Source: Patescibacteria group bacterium (GTDB lineage: Bacteria > Patescibacteriota > Patescibacteriia > 2-01-FULL-39-33). Taken from it: DNA of 64,000 nt. Shown here piece by piece: positions 1 through 9,389 of this stretch (its first letter is position 1; the number at the start of each line of letters is the position of its first letter). Made by a program: the position numbers and the translations under genes. The stretch is from NCBI GenBank assembly GCA_041671305.1, contig JBAZBX010000002.1:5193-69192 (forward strand), in the 5' to 3' direction. The notes beneath the pieces were generated by a model, which saw only the letters and a list, made by a program, of their open reading frames with translations, was not told where the DNA came from and ran no database searches.

Positions 1-105
1 CCAGGCACTCCTCACTTCTATATCAACAACCAAGAAATTTCCGGAGTCGGGTCTATTGATGACTTCAAAAAGTTAATTGATGCTGAATTAAATAGAAAAA
101 ATTAA
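1..105 (+). CDS. DsbA/thioredoxin-fold protein, C-terminal fragment (5' end outside window)
   Basis: Frame 1 reads PGTPHFYINNQEISGVGSIDDFKKLIDAELNRKN*, matching the cis-Pro 'GTPxFxING' end of DsbA-like proteins (compare GTPTFFVNG at 46256..47152). Confidence 0.7.
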   Translation, partial: PGTPHFYINNQEISGVGSIDDFKKLIDAELNRKN

Positions 106-119
106 ATTTATTATAAGAA

Positions 120-1334
120 ATGAAAAAAATCTTCATTATTTTATTTTTAATATTATTTTTGTCAACTGGATGGGCAGCTTTAGCAGCCGAAGATGGCACA
201 GCACCAGTACCAAATATTCCGCCAGAATCAGATACGCCAGCAACACCCTCTTTATATACCGGCGATGACATTCAACCGGCCGGAGAAAATGGTCCAACTC
301 CTCTAGCTCCTCAAGCCGCTCCAGCTCCTGCCGCCAAAACAGAAACTCCCAAAACCGAGTCGGCTCCCCTCTACTGGATTCCAAACGTAGGTATGGGTCA
401 GTTTACTCAGGGTACAGCTGTAGAGGTTAGTGCTGGCAGAAATATCTTGGGAGAGTATATTAGTCTCTGGTACACTTTCTTGGTAGGTGTGGCTGGATTA
501 TTGGCTATGGTCATGATAGTATTTGGAGGAGTAAACTGGCTTACTTCCGGGGGAAGTTCTAGTGCCATAGGAGACGCCAAGAAGACTATTTCTTCTGCTT
601 TGATTGGATTAACTTTAGCTTTGCTTTCTTATGTTTTATTGCAAATTATTAATCCTAACTTGCTGAGTCTCAAGATGCCTTCTATGGCCAATATTACTTA
701 TAGCGGGGATTATGCGATACCCCATATCAACATGGCACCTGGAGGAGCGACTTTAGCTAATGGAGCTAACGGAATGCCTGTACCTTATCAATCAGGAGCC
801 AAAATACCTTGCAACCAAGCCATGGATTACAATCAAGCATTTACTGCCTCGTATGAAGGATATAACTCCACTCCTTACGCTGACCAACATGGTTATACCT
901 ACGGTTTTGGACACAACAGCAACGAAAATCCCGGAACAGTAGATTATAATACCGAATTGCAATGGTTTACCAATAATTACAATAACACTTATTATCCCGG
1001 AGCTGCGACTGCCTATACCAATGCCGGTGGCAACTGGGACACATTGCCACAACAAGACCAAGCAGTACTTGCCGATACCGCCTACCAATTTGGAACAAAT
1101 TCTTCCTTTCTCTCTCAAACGGCGACTTTTATGGCTCAAGGAGATATGACGGGAGCCGCTTCATTTATGCGAAGTAATTATAAAAATTACTTTAAGACAG
1201 ATCCGGGAAAAGGCGTAGCCAGTAGAATAAATAGTAATGCCAGCATTGTTGAAAATAAAGATCCATCAACTGGAACGGCAAGTGATGGCGCGCAGCAATT
1301 TAATGATAGAGCATCATCCTCATGTCAAAAATAA
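120..1334 (+). CDS. VirB2/TrbC-like pilin fused to a C-terminal T4-type lysozyme (GH24-like) domain
   Basis: Signal peptide, Pro/Ala-rich linker, then a pilin hairpin (YTFLVGVAGLLAMVMIVFGGVNWLTSGGSSSAIGDAKKTISSALIGLTLALLSYVLLQIINPNL). The C-terminus has EGYNSTPYADQHGYTYGFGH (E-x8-D...T-x-G-x-GH) and QAVLADTAYQFG, resembling T4 lysozyme. Confidence 0.75.
   Translation: MKKIFIILFLILFLSTGWAALAAEDGTAPVPNIPPESDTPATPSLYTGDDIQPAGENGPTPLAPQAAPAPAAKTETPKTESAPLYWIPNVGMGQFTQGTAVEVSAGRNILGEYISLWYTFLVGVAGLLAMVMIVFGGVNWLTSGGSSSAIGDAKKTISSALIGLTLALLSYVLLQIINPNLLSLKMPSMANITYSGDYAIPHINMAPGGATLANGANGMPVPYQSGAKIPCNQAMDYNQAFTASYEGYNSTPYADQHGYTYGFGHNSNENPGTVDYNTELQWFTNNYNNTYYPGAATAYTNAGGNWDTLPQQDQAVLADTAYQFGTNSSFLSQTATFMAQGDMTGAASFMRSNYKNYFKTDPGKGVASRINSNASIVENKDPSTGTASDGAQQFNDRASSSCQK
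324..721 (+). repeat. Copy 1 of a 398-bp duplicated pilin module (copy 2 at 1590-1987)
   Basis: Direct alignment by eye gives about 26 mismatches, mostly synonymous, and 4 amino-acid changes. Confidence 0.95.
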
Positions 1335-1343
1335 TTTTAACAC

Positions 1344-2411
1344 ATGAAAAATAATCATTTTTTTATATTAAATACTTTAGCCTTCTTGATTATTTTATCT
1401 ATTCCCTCTATTAGCAATGCTGCTACAAGTTGTTATTGTCATGAAATTGATACTTCTGGTGAAGGCGGTGGCAGTTATTACAAAACTACCTGTCCGGATG
1501 CTAGTTGTAAACAAGGAAATTGTAAATATGACAAATGCGCTCCAGACACAACTCCGATAACGGAAATAGATAGTTATGAACCAAAAGCCGCTCCTGCCGC
1601 CAAAACAGAAACTCCCAAAACCGAGTCGGCTCCCCTCACCTGGATTCCAAACGTAGGCATGGGTCAATTTACTCAAGGTACGGCTGTAGAAGTTGGTGCT
1701 GGCAAAAATATCTTGGGAGAGTATATTAATCTCTGGTACACTTTCCTGGTGGGCGTGGCTGGATTGCTGGCTATGGTTATGATAGTATTTGGAGGAGTAA
1801 ACTGGCTTACTTCCGGGGGAAGTTCTAGTGCTATAGGAGATGCCAAGAAGACTATTTCTTCTGCTTTGATTGGTTTAACCTTGGCTTTGCTTTCTTATGT
1901 TTTGTTGCAAATTATCAATCCCAACTTGCTTAGTCTCAAAATGCCTTCTATGGCCAATATTACTTATAGCGGGGATTATGCGATACCTGCAATAAACCTT
2001 GAGGATGAGATGTCTGCCAATTCTCAAACCGGCGGAGGATCAGCCAATTTATCTACGCTAAAATCTGACATGTCAAAAACTAACCAATCTGTTTTGAATC
2101 AAGTCAAAAAAAATAACCCCGATGCAAAAACGCCTAGGGTAAATAGTACCGCCAGAGATAGCAATGATTTACATGGGCTCAATAGAGCCGTGGACTATCA
2201 AAAAGGAGATGACGCCACTTTTGATGCTTATATGAACAATCTGATAAATGAAGGCACGTATACTGGCTATGGACAAGATAAAGGAGAGCCTTTTTATTAT
2301 GTAAAATTCCCAGACGGAACAAAAGGAAGGGTCGGTAATGGCTCAGGCCATTGGCACATTGATAATTGCCAGCAAGGTGAAGTGCCGATCCAAGGTAAAG
2401 GAGCATGCTAA
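1344..2411 (+). CDS. VirB2/TrbC-like pilin with a Cys-rich N-terminus and a C-terminal peptidase M15-like Zn domain
   Basis: Same pilin module as 120..1334. The C-terminus has VNSTAR..LHGLNRAVD (H-x6-D) and GHWHID (H-x-H), the Zn ligand pattern of M15/LAS peptidases. Confidence 0.7.
   Translation: MKNNHFFILNTLAFLIILSIPSISNAATSCYCHEIDTSGEGGGSYYKTTCPDASCKQGNCKYDKCAPDTTPITEIDSYEPKAAPAAKTETPKTESAPLTWIPNVGMGQFTQGTAVEVGAGKNILGEYINLWYTFLVGVAGLLAMVMIVFGGVNWLTSGGSSSAIGDAKKTISSALIGLTLALLSYVLLQIINPNLLSLKMPSMANITYSGDYAIPAINLEDEMSANSQTGGGSANLSTLKSDMSKTNQSVLNQVKKNNPDAKTPRVNSTARDSNDLHGLNRAVDYQKGDDATFDAYMNNLINEGTYTGYGQDKGEPFYYVKFPDGTKGRVGNGSGHWHIDNCQQGEVPIQGKGAC
1590..1987 (+). repeat. Copy 2 of the duplicated pilin module
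   Basis: About 93% identical to 324-721, offset 1266 bp. Confidence 0.95.
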
Positions 2412-2415
2412 AATT

Positions 2416-3753
2416 ATGTCAAAAATAAACACCATCTTCACCTGTTCCAACTGTGGCGCCCAATATCCAAAATGGCAAGGGCGCTGTTTAGAATGCGGAA
2501 AATGGGGAACCATGGAAGAAGGCCTAGCAGAAAAAAATGAACAAAGAAATTCAAATATTCCACCAGACAAAGTCATTAATTTAAATGAACTCAAAAATAT
2601 TCCTGATTTTCGCCTGGAGACCAAAATCTCTGAATTAGACGGCGTACTCGGCGGTGGCATAGTCAAAGGCGCTCTGATTCTTCTCGGCGGCGATCCTGGG
2701 GTTGGCAAATCCACTTTGGCCCTGCAGATTGCCCAGAACATCAATGGCACACTTTATATCTCCGGCGAGGAATCCGCCAATCAAATAAAAATCAGGGCAG
2801 AGAGACTAAAAATTAATCTGGATAAATTGAAATTCTTGGCGCAAACGAACATAGAAAAAATCCTCTCCACCATTGAAGCCCAAAAACCGCCACTCGTCAT
2901 AGTAGACTCCATTCAAACCATGATTTCTTCCGAAGCCACGGGATCATCCGGATCGGTAAGCCAGATAACTTCCGTGGCCAGCCAACTCATAGGTCTAGCC
3001 AAAAAAATAGAAATTCCTATTATCATAATCGGCCACGTCACCAAAGATGGCATAGTCGCCGGCCCCAAAACCTTGGAACATCTTGTTGATGTAGTATTGT
3101 ATTTGGAAAATGATAATCAGAATTATTACAAAATACTTCGCGGAGCCAAAAACCGCTTCGGCTCAACCGGAGAAATCGGCATCTTTGAGATGACTTCTAC
3201 CGGCCTCAAAGAAACTCTTAATTCGTCCAATATTTTTCTGGAAGACTCAAACCAATCAACTTCTTCTGGCACGGCTATTTCTGCCGTTCTTGAAGGAAGC
3301 CGGCCATTTCTAATTGAAATCCAAGCCCTGACCTCCAAAACTTCCTTCGGCTATCCTCAAAGAAAATCAACCGGATATGATCTCAATCGCTTGCAAATGA
3401 TCATTGCCGTGCTTTGCAAAATAGCCAAGATAAATCTCACCAACCAAGATATTTATCTCAACGTAACGGGCGGGCTCAAAGTCAAAGACACGTCCATTGA
3501 TTTAGCGGTGGCCATGTGTATCGTCTCCGCTTTCTTGGATATTCCCATAAACAAAAAAACAATTCTCTTTGGAGAATTGGGTCTTTCCGGTGAAATAAGA
3601 ACTGTTCCTCAACCAGAAAAAAGAATCAAGGAAGCGGAAAAGCTGAAATTTGAAAAAATTATCATGCCATATTATCCGACCATGAAATACGGAACAGGCA
3701 AAATTGCCGTCAGAGACATCAGAGAAGCGATTAAAACAATAAACAGTAAGTAA
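2416..3753 (+). CDS. radA: DNA repair protein RadA/Sms
   Basis: CSNC/CLEC zinc finger, Walker A GDPGVGKST, KNRFG motif and LonC-like C-terminus. Start moved to ATG 2416 (MSKINTIF). Confidence 0.97.
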   Translation: MSKINTIFTCSNCGAQYPKWQGRCLECGKWGTMEEGLAEKNEQRNSNIPPDKVINLNELKNIPDFRLETKISELDGVLGGGIVKGALILLGGDPGVGKSTLALQIAQNINGTLYISGEESANQIKIRAERLKINLDKLKFLAQTNIEKILSTIEAQKPPLVIVDSIQTMISSEATGSSGSVSQITSVASQLIGLAKKIEIPIIIIGHVTKDGIVAGPKTLEHLVDVVLYLENDNQNYYKILRGAKNRFGSTGEIGIFEMTSTGLKETLNSSNIFLEDSNQSTSSGTAISAVLEGSRPFLIEIQALTSKTSFGYPQRKSTGYDLNRLQMIIAVLCKIAKINLTNQDIYLNVTGGLKVKDTSIDLAVAMCIVSAFLDIPINKKTILFGELGLSGEIRTVPQPEKRIKEAEKLKFEKIIMPYYPTMKYGTGKIAVRDIREAIKTINSK

Positions 3754-3760
3754 GCTACTC

Positions 3761-3901
3761 TTGTCATTCCGACCGAGCTCTCAAGAGCGAGTGGAGGAAT
3801 CCCTTTCGTTAAAATTTAAAGCGATTTCTCCACTACGTCCTGATTACCGGACTTGCGCCACCGCTAAAGCTTTAGCGACACGCGGTCGGTCGGAATGACA
3901 A
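3761..3901. repeat. MITE/REP-like palindromic element between convergent radA and recG
   Basis: Perfect 16-bp terminal inverted repeats ttgtcattccgaccga (3761-3776) and tcggtcggaatgacaa (3886-3901), an internal stem, and a nested perfect palindrome cgctaaagctttagcg (3862-3877). Confidence 0.85.
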
Positions 3902-3913
3902 CGAGAGACATCT

Positions 3914-5962
3914 TTATTCCAAATGGTAAGTAAATTTATAATTTTCTAGTTTTCTAGTTAACGCAGGATAATTTTCCAATCCTTTTCCTACCAATTCTTC
4001 GGCGATATTTTTCGCTTTTTTTATTTGCTCTAAATTATTGATATCGGCAATTTGGAATTCAGCAAAACCTGATTGCTGATAGCCATAAACAGATCCTGAG
4101 CCCCGAAGCTCCAAATCCCTGTTGGCTAATTCAAATCCGTCACTGCATTCCTCCAGATATCTCAAACGCTGGAATGATTTCATGTCTTCACTGTCGCTAA
4201 ACAAAAAACAAAACGACTGAAAATCACCTCTTCCTACCCTGCCCCGAAATTGATGAAGCTGGGCCAACCCGAATCTTTCCGCCCCTTCAATCATCATAAT
4301 ACTGGCATTGGGAATATCCACTCCCACCTCAACCACGGAAGTGGAAACCAAGAGTTTCAAGTCGCCATCGGAAAACTTTTTCATCACTGCTTCCTTTTCT
4401 TCCGATTTGAGTCTCCCATGGAGCAAACCCACGCTGAGATGCGGAAAAACCAATTTATCCAACTTCTCAAATTCCTCAGTCACCGATCTCACTCCCAATT
4501 TATCCGAAGGATCAATCAAGGGACAAATTACAAAGACCTGCCTTCCTTTTTTAATCTGTTCATCAATAAATTTATAAGCGTCATTTCTTTTCTCCGGCGG
4601 AACTAGCTTGGTAATGATTTTCTTACGGCCTTTGGGCATCTGCTTAATCAAGGATAAATCAAGATCGCCATAGACAATCAAGGATAGCGACCTGGGAATA
4701 GGAGTAGCAGTGAGGGAGAGAAAATGCGGACTGGATTCTCCCCTTTTTATCAATTTATGCCTCTGTTCCACGCCAAATCTATGCTGTTCATCTACGATAG
4801 CTAGTCCTAATTTACTAAATTCTACCCCATCCTGAATCAAAGCGTGCGTACCCACGATCAAGTCAATTTCTCCAGCTTGGCATTTTTCTATGAATTTATT
4901 TTTGGAAATCTTTTCACCGTTGAACAATTTTTGTGTTCGGGTCAAAAGTCCTATTTTTATATCTGTTCCTAAAAATAAATTCTGCAGATTGCGATAGTGT
5001 TGAAAGGCCAGAATTTCCGTCGGAACCATAATCACGCTCTGCAAGCCGTTGAGATAAGATTGATATATGCCTAATGCCGCTACCACTGTTTTTCCAGAAC
5101 CCACATCTCCATTAAGTAACCGATTCATGGGGTAAAGACGCATCATATCTTTCATAATTTCCCAAGCCGATCTCTTCTGGTCTAGAGTCAATTCAAATTT
5201 AAGATTAGAAACAAATTCCTTGATTTTCGCCTCAAAAAAATCCATGGGATAAGATTTTTGAGAAGCATTCTCTTGCTTAATCACCTGTGACCAAAGCTGA
5301 ACCAAGAACAACTCATCAAATGACAATCTGGTTCTGGCCTTTTCCAGTTCTTTCATGTCGTTTGGAAAATGAATGATACGAAGAGCGCTAGATAAGCTTA
5401 TTAAATTTTCTCTAGTTTGTATTTCATGAGGCAAAAAATCCTCAATTTGTTCAACCAAATGAATAGCTAATTTAATTACTGACCTAATTTGTTTCTGTGA
5501 CAAGCCCTCGGTTGAAGAATATATCGGCACGATTCCCATAGGGATGAAATTGGAAGAATACTTTTCATACATCGGGGAGTTAAAATATACATTAAACATA
5601 TCTCCCGTTACTTTGCCGGAAATATAAAGCTTATCGCCCTGCCTGAGGCTTTTACCAATCCAAGGCTGATTAAACCAAATTATTTTTACACTGCCAGAGT
5701 CATCACTAACTATGGCCTCCGTCATAATTTTTCTCTTGCGAACGCTACGTCTATTGGAAATCAGATCAATACTGGCTACAATGGTGGCCGTCTCGCCTTC
5801 CTTTAAATCACTAATCTTGATAATTCTACTATAATCTTCATATCTAAACGGATAACAAAAAATGAGATCCAAAACGGTCTCAAGATTTATGTTTGCAAAC
5901 CTTTTTGCCAAAGCTTTTCCTATACCACTGATATCTGAAATTGGAGAGTTTAAAGAAAGCAT
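3914..5962 (-). CDS. recG: ATP-dependent DNA helicase RecG
   Basis: GDVGSGKT, DEQHRFGV, TATPIPRSL and QLHQFRGRVGRG motifs plus the wedge domain. Confidence 0.97.
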   Translation of the reverse strand: MLSLNSPISDISGIGKALAKRFANINLETVLDLIFCYPFRYEDYSRIIKISDLKEGETATIVASIDLISNRRSVRKRKIMTEAIVSDDSGSVKIIWFNQPWIGKSLRQGDKLYISGKVTGDMFNVYFNSPMYEKYSSNFIPMGIVPIYSSTEGLSQKQIRSVIKLAIHLVEQIEDFLPHEIQTRENLISLSSALRIIHFPNDMKELEKARTRLSFDELFLVQLWSQVIKQENASQKSYPMDFFEAKIKEFVSNLKFELTLDQKRSAWEIMKDMMRLYPMNRLLNGDVGSGKTVVAALGIYQSYLNGLQSVIMVPTEILAFQHYRNLQNLFLGTDIKIGLLTRTQKLFNGEKISKNKFIEKCQAGEIDLIVGTHALIQDGVEFSKLGLAIVDEQHRFGVEQRHKLIKRGESSPHFLSLTATPIPRSLSLIVYGDLDLSLIKQMPKGRKKIITKLVPPEKRNDAYKFIDEQIKKGRQVFVICPLIDPSDKLGVRSVTEEFEKLDKLVFPHLSVGLLHGRLKSEEKEAVMKKFSDGDLKLLVSTSVVEVGVDIPNASIMMIEGAERFGLAQLHQFRGRVGRGDFQSFCFLFSDSEDMKSFQRLRYLEECSDGFELANRDLELRGSGSVYGYQQSGFAEFQIADINNLEQIKKAKNIAEELVGKGLENYPALTRKLENYKFTYHLE

Positions 5963-5976
5963 GGAAAATATATTAT

Positions 5977-6049
5977 TGCGTCCGGCAGGAATTGAACCTG
6001 CGACCTGCAGCTCCGCAAGCTGACGCTCTATCCCCTGAGCTACGGACGC
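5977..6049 (-). tRNA. tRNA-Arg (anticodon GCG)
   Basis: The reverse complement folds as GCGTCCG acceptor, D arm GCTC/GAGC, anticodon loop TTGCGGA and T arm GCAGG-TTCAATT-CCTGC. No encoded CCA. Confidence 0.92.
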
Positions 6050-6054
6050 GAAAT

Positions 6055-6558
6055 TTACAATCTCAAGTAGCGACGCAATTTATCGGATATAGGCTCAATT
6101 TCCCTTTCCAAATCTTCTTTAAGATATTTGAGTAAAAATCTTCTAATTGATACCGCATCTTGCCCGTCCAATGGCACAACCAGCCTGCCCAGCAATGGAT
6201 TCCTAAATTGAAAATAGAGATTTTTAATGCCAAATTCCTCATAAACCATAAAAAAATGATCTACATCCCGGAAATAATTAAAATTCCTTCCCGCCTTTAC
6301 TCCTTCATTAGTGAGAACAAAATCAATCATTTCTGGATTACGATTATCATGAAGCAGAGTCACCAAATAAAACAAAATAAGAAAAATAGCAAATAATGGA
6401 TTGTTGGCAAAAAAACACCAGGCCACAAAAGCGGTTAAAAGCAAGAGAGAAATCACATACCACCAAATATCTTTGTGGTACTTGATATACTCGGGATACT
6501 CCCAAGAATACACGATCTGACTCAACTTTTGTTCGTTGTTGTTTTGTCCTCCTTCCAT
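6055..6558 (-). CDS. Conserved hypothetical membrane protein (2 TM plus a soluble domain)
   Basis: 167-aa ORF with WEYPEY..WW followed by two hydrophobic helices; it fills the space between two tRNAs. Confidence 0.8.
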   Translation of the reverse strand: MEGGQNNNEQKLSQIVYSWEYPEYIKYHKDIWWYVISLLLLTAFVAWCFFANNPLFAIFLILFYLVTLLHDNRNPEMIDFVLTNEGVKAGRNFNYFRDVDHFFMVYEEFGIKNLYFQFRNPLLGRLVVPLDGQDAVSIRRFLLKYLKEDLEREIEPISDKLRRYLRL

Positions 6559-6581
6559 ATTTTTATAATTATTATCTTCTA

Positions 6582-6672
6582 CGGAGAGACAGGGATTTGA
6601 ACCCTGGATACGCCCAAAAAGACGTATAACAGGTTAGCAACCTGCCGCTTTCAGCCACTCAGCCATCTCTCC
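6582..6672 (-). tRNA. tRNA-Ser (anticodon GCT)
   Basis: GGAGAGA acceptor stem, anticodon loop TTGCTAA, long variable arm, TTCAAAT T loop, G discriminator. Confidence 0.95.
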
Positions 6673-6967
6673 ACACTATTATATTTTAAATTACCATTTT
6701 CCCATATCGGAATATTCTGATTAATTACCCCCAACTACGAGAATTACAAGGGTATTATAGCATATTTTTTTGACGTTCGTCAATGCACTCGGATCGGGGT
6801 TAAATTTTTCTAAAAATGAACAAATAAAAAATGAGTTGATAAACTGCTCAAAACCCAAAATAAAAATTACCAAAAGAATACTTGTGTAAATTTATTTATA
6901 GATGTGATATAATATATGTTATAATATATTAAATCCTTAAAAAATAATTAATTTAAATTATAAACTC

Positions 6968-9337
6968 ATGAAACTATTTAATAAAGTTTCAATGGCTGTA
7001 TTGGCCGTGGTATTTATGCTTGGTCTGACCGAGCCAACTGTCACCTTGGCAGCTTCCATGCCACTATTGGGTGCCGCGGAGAATTTCTCGGTCTTGGCCG
7101 GCTTATCAATGAGTGCTGCCGCCGCTGGCACCACCATTTCCGGTAATTTAGGTCTCAGCCCTGGCCTGGCTGTTTCAAGAACCGGCCCCTGGACGGTAGG
7201 CGGTACTGAATATTTCGGCACCACGCCTTCCTTGTCCGCAACTGCTCAAGTTGATGCCTTAGCAGCTTACAACAACCTGGCAGGACAAAGCTCTAATGGG
7301 TCATGGGGCACAAGTCCATGGAGCCCAACACCGGGTACCTATACTGTGGCTAGTGATGTTACATTCACTGGAACAATTACTCTTAACGGCGGTTATGACG
7401 ATGTCTGGATTTTTCAGGTTGGACGTGATATGACTTTTGATGGTTCGGTGGTTCTCACCGGTAATGCCCAGCCATGCCATGTTTTTTGGCAAATAGATAG
7501 AAGTGCGACTATAGCTTCGGGCAGTAATTTTGTCGGGACTCTTATCGCCTCAACGGGCAGTGTCACTTTGGTTTCCGGCGCAACAGTTAACGGCCGAATT
7601 ATGGTGCTCAATGCCTCTTTAACGACCGATGGCAATACTATTTCCGGACCAACCTGCCTAGTTGCGCCCACTCCAGCTCCCACCTGCACTCTTTCTGCTT
7701 CTCCTAATCCAGTTGATTATAATGGTACTTCTGCCATTACCTGGTCTTCAACTGATGCCACCGCTTGTACCGCCTCAGGCGGATCTACTGGCTGGACCAG
7801 TATCAGTGGTTCCTCTGGTGCCTGGACTTCTGGCGCTTTAACCCTAGGCTCTACATATTCCATGACTTGCACTGGTCCTGGTGGCACCTCGCCTCAATGC
7901 AATGTTGCAGTAACCGTGAATCCCGCACCTGATCCCGCGATTCTTCATGTCATTAAACATGTTATTAATAATAGCGGTGGCTCAACATTAGCTCCTGGCT
8001 TCAGCGTACACGTAAAAGATGACTCAGGGGATGTCGCCGGAAGCCCAGCTAGTCCGCAAGCGGGAGCAGAAGATCCAGGAACTACTTATACTTTGGATGC
8101 TGGCACTTATACCGTCAGTGAAGATACTAATACTTCTTATGTGCGAACTTTTGGCGAGGACTGTAATGCTATTACCGGTATTATCACTCTTGCCCCTGGT
8201 GAGGAAAAAACTTGTACCATTACCAATGACGATATTGTGCCCGCTCCGCCGGTCTCCACGATTATTGTCGCAAAAGTTGTTGTCGGTGGAACTAAGCTCC
8301 CCGATGCTTTTAATCTGTTTGTCGATGGTGCGCCGGTTCTTCGCAATGTGGCCAATGTTTTTTCTGTCGGTGCGCATGTTGTGAGTGAAACCGTTGATAC
8401 CAACTACACTCGCACTTTTGCCCTTGATTGTCTAAGTGGCAGCGTGACTCTTATCGCGGGTGACAACAAGACCTGCATCATTACCAATACCTATAAAGCA
8501 CCTTCATCCGGTGGCGGTTCTTACTCTCCACCTGTTCCACCGCTTATTGATGTGGTAAAAGTTCCCAGTCCCCTGGCTTTGCCTGTCGGTCCTGGTTCGG
8601 TGACCTACACTTACACACTTTAAAATATCGGTACCGTTCCGGTAACTAATTTAACAATGGTAGATGATAGCTGTAGTTCCACAACCCTTGCTTCTGGTGA
8701 TAGCAATGGCGACGCCAAACTTGATGTGAATGAAACCTGGACATATAACTGCTCTACAACACTCTCAACAACTCATACCAACACCGTCGTCGCCACTGGC
8801 TGGGCCAATGGCATCAGCGCAATTGATATCGCCAGCGCTACGGTCGTGGTCGGAGCGCCAGTCGTGCCACCGCTTATCCATGTGACAAAGCTTCCTAGTC
8901 CGCTGACGCTACCTGCTAGCGGAGGAATGGTTACTTATACATATACAGTAACTAATCCTGGTACCGTTCCATTAAGCAATGTCAGTATTACTGACGATAA
9001 ATGTACCGGCTTGCCTGGTCGTGTTGTGGGACATCCTGGAGACATCAATAAAAATGACCTACTTGAAAGCAATGAGACTTGGATATTTACTTGTAAATCC
9101 AATCTCACCAAAACCACAACTAATACCGCCACAGCAAGCGGTGAAGCTAATGGTTTGACTGCGAAAGATTATGCCATTACCACTGTTGTGGTGGCTGCTG
9201 CGGCCGTTCCTAAATTACCAAATACAGGATCTTTTTTTGAGGGCAATACTGTGCAATGGATTATGGCTATGTTGGCTGGCCTTCTCATCTTGGTTTCTGT
9301 CTCAGTTGCTCTGATTCTAAAAAAACGTACGATTTAG
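6968..9337 (+). pseudogene. Ice-binding-like (DUF3494) multi-domain surface protein with LPNTG sortase signal, interrupted by an in-frame TAA at 8621-8623
   Basis: ORFs 6968..8623 and 8657..9337 are in the same frame. Reading through gives VTYTYTL*NIGTVPVTNLTMVDD, homologous to the later repeat VTYTYTVTNPGTVPLSNVSITDD. DUF3494 motifs (NFSVLAG, WIFQVG, HVFWQI, FVGTLIA, VNGRI) are present, and the C-terminus is LPNTG-TM-KKR. Confidence 0.82.
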
Positions 9338-9359
9338 TTTAAATATTCTAAAGGTAGGA

Positions 9360-9384
9360 AAGACCCCGCCTTAACGGGGTCTTT
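9360..9384 (+). terminator. GC hairpin between the adhesin gene and the sortase
   Basis: aagaccccg-ccttaa-cggggtctt followed by a short T run. Confidence 0.5.
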
Positions 9385-9389
9385 GTGTT

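Noticed and set aside
2338-2415. 26-codon N-terminal extension of RadA in the ORF track
   Set aside because: It overlaps the upstream pilin gene. The conserved RadA start (MSKINTIFTCSNC) is at 2416.
8621-8623. Alternative genetic code (stop-codon reassignment) as the cause of the split adhesin
   Set aside because: The codon is TAA, which ends many intact genes here, and all other genes translate cleanly in code 11 with TGA used as a stop.
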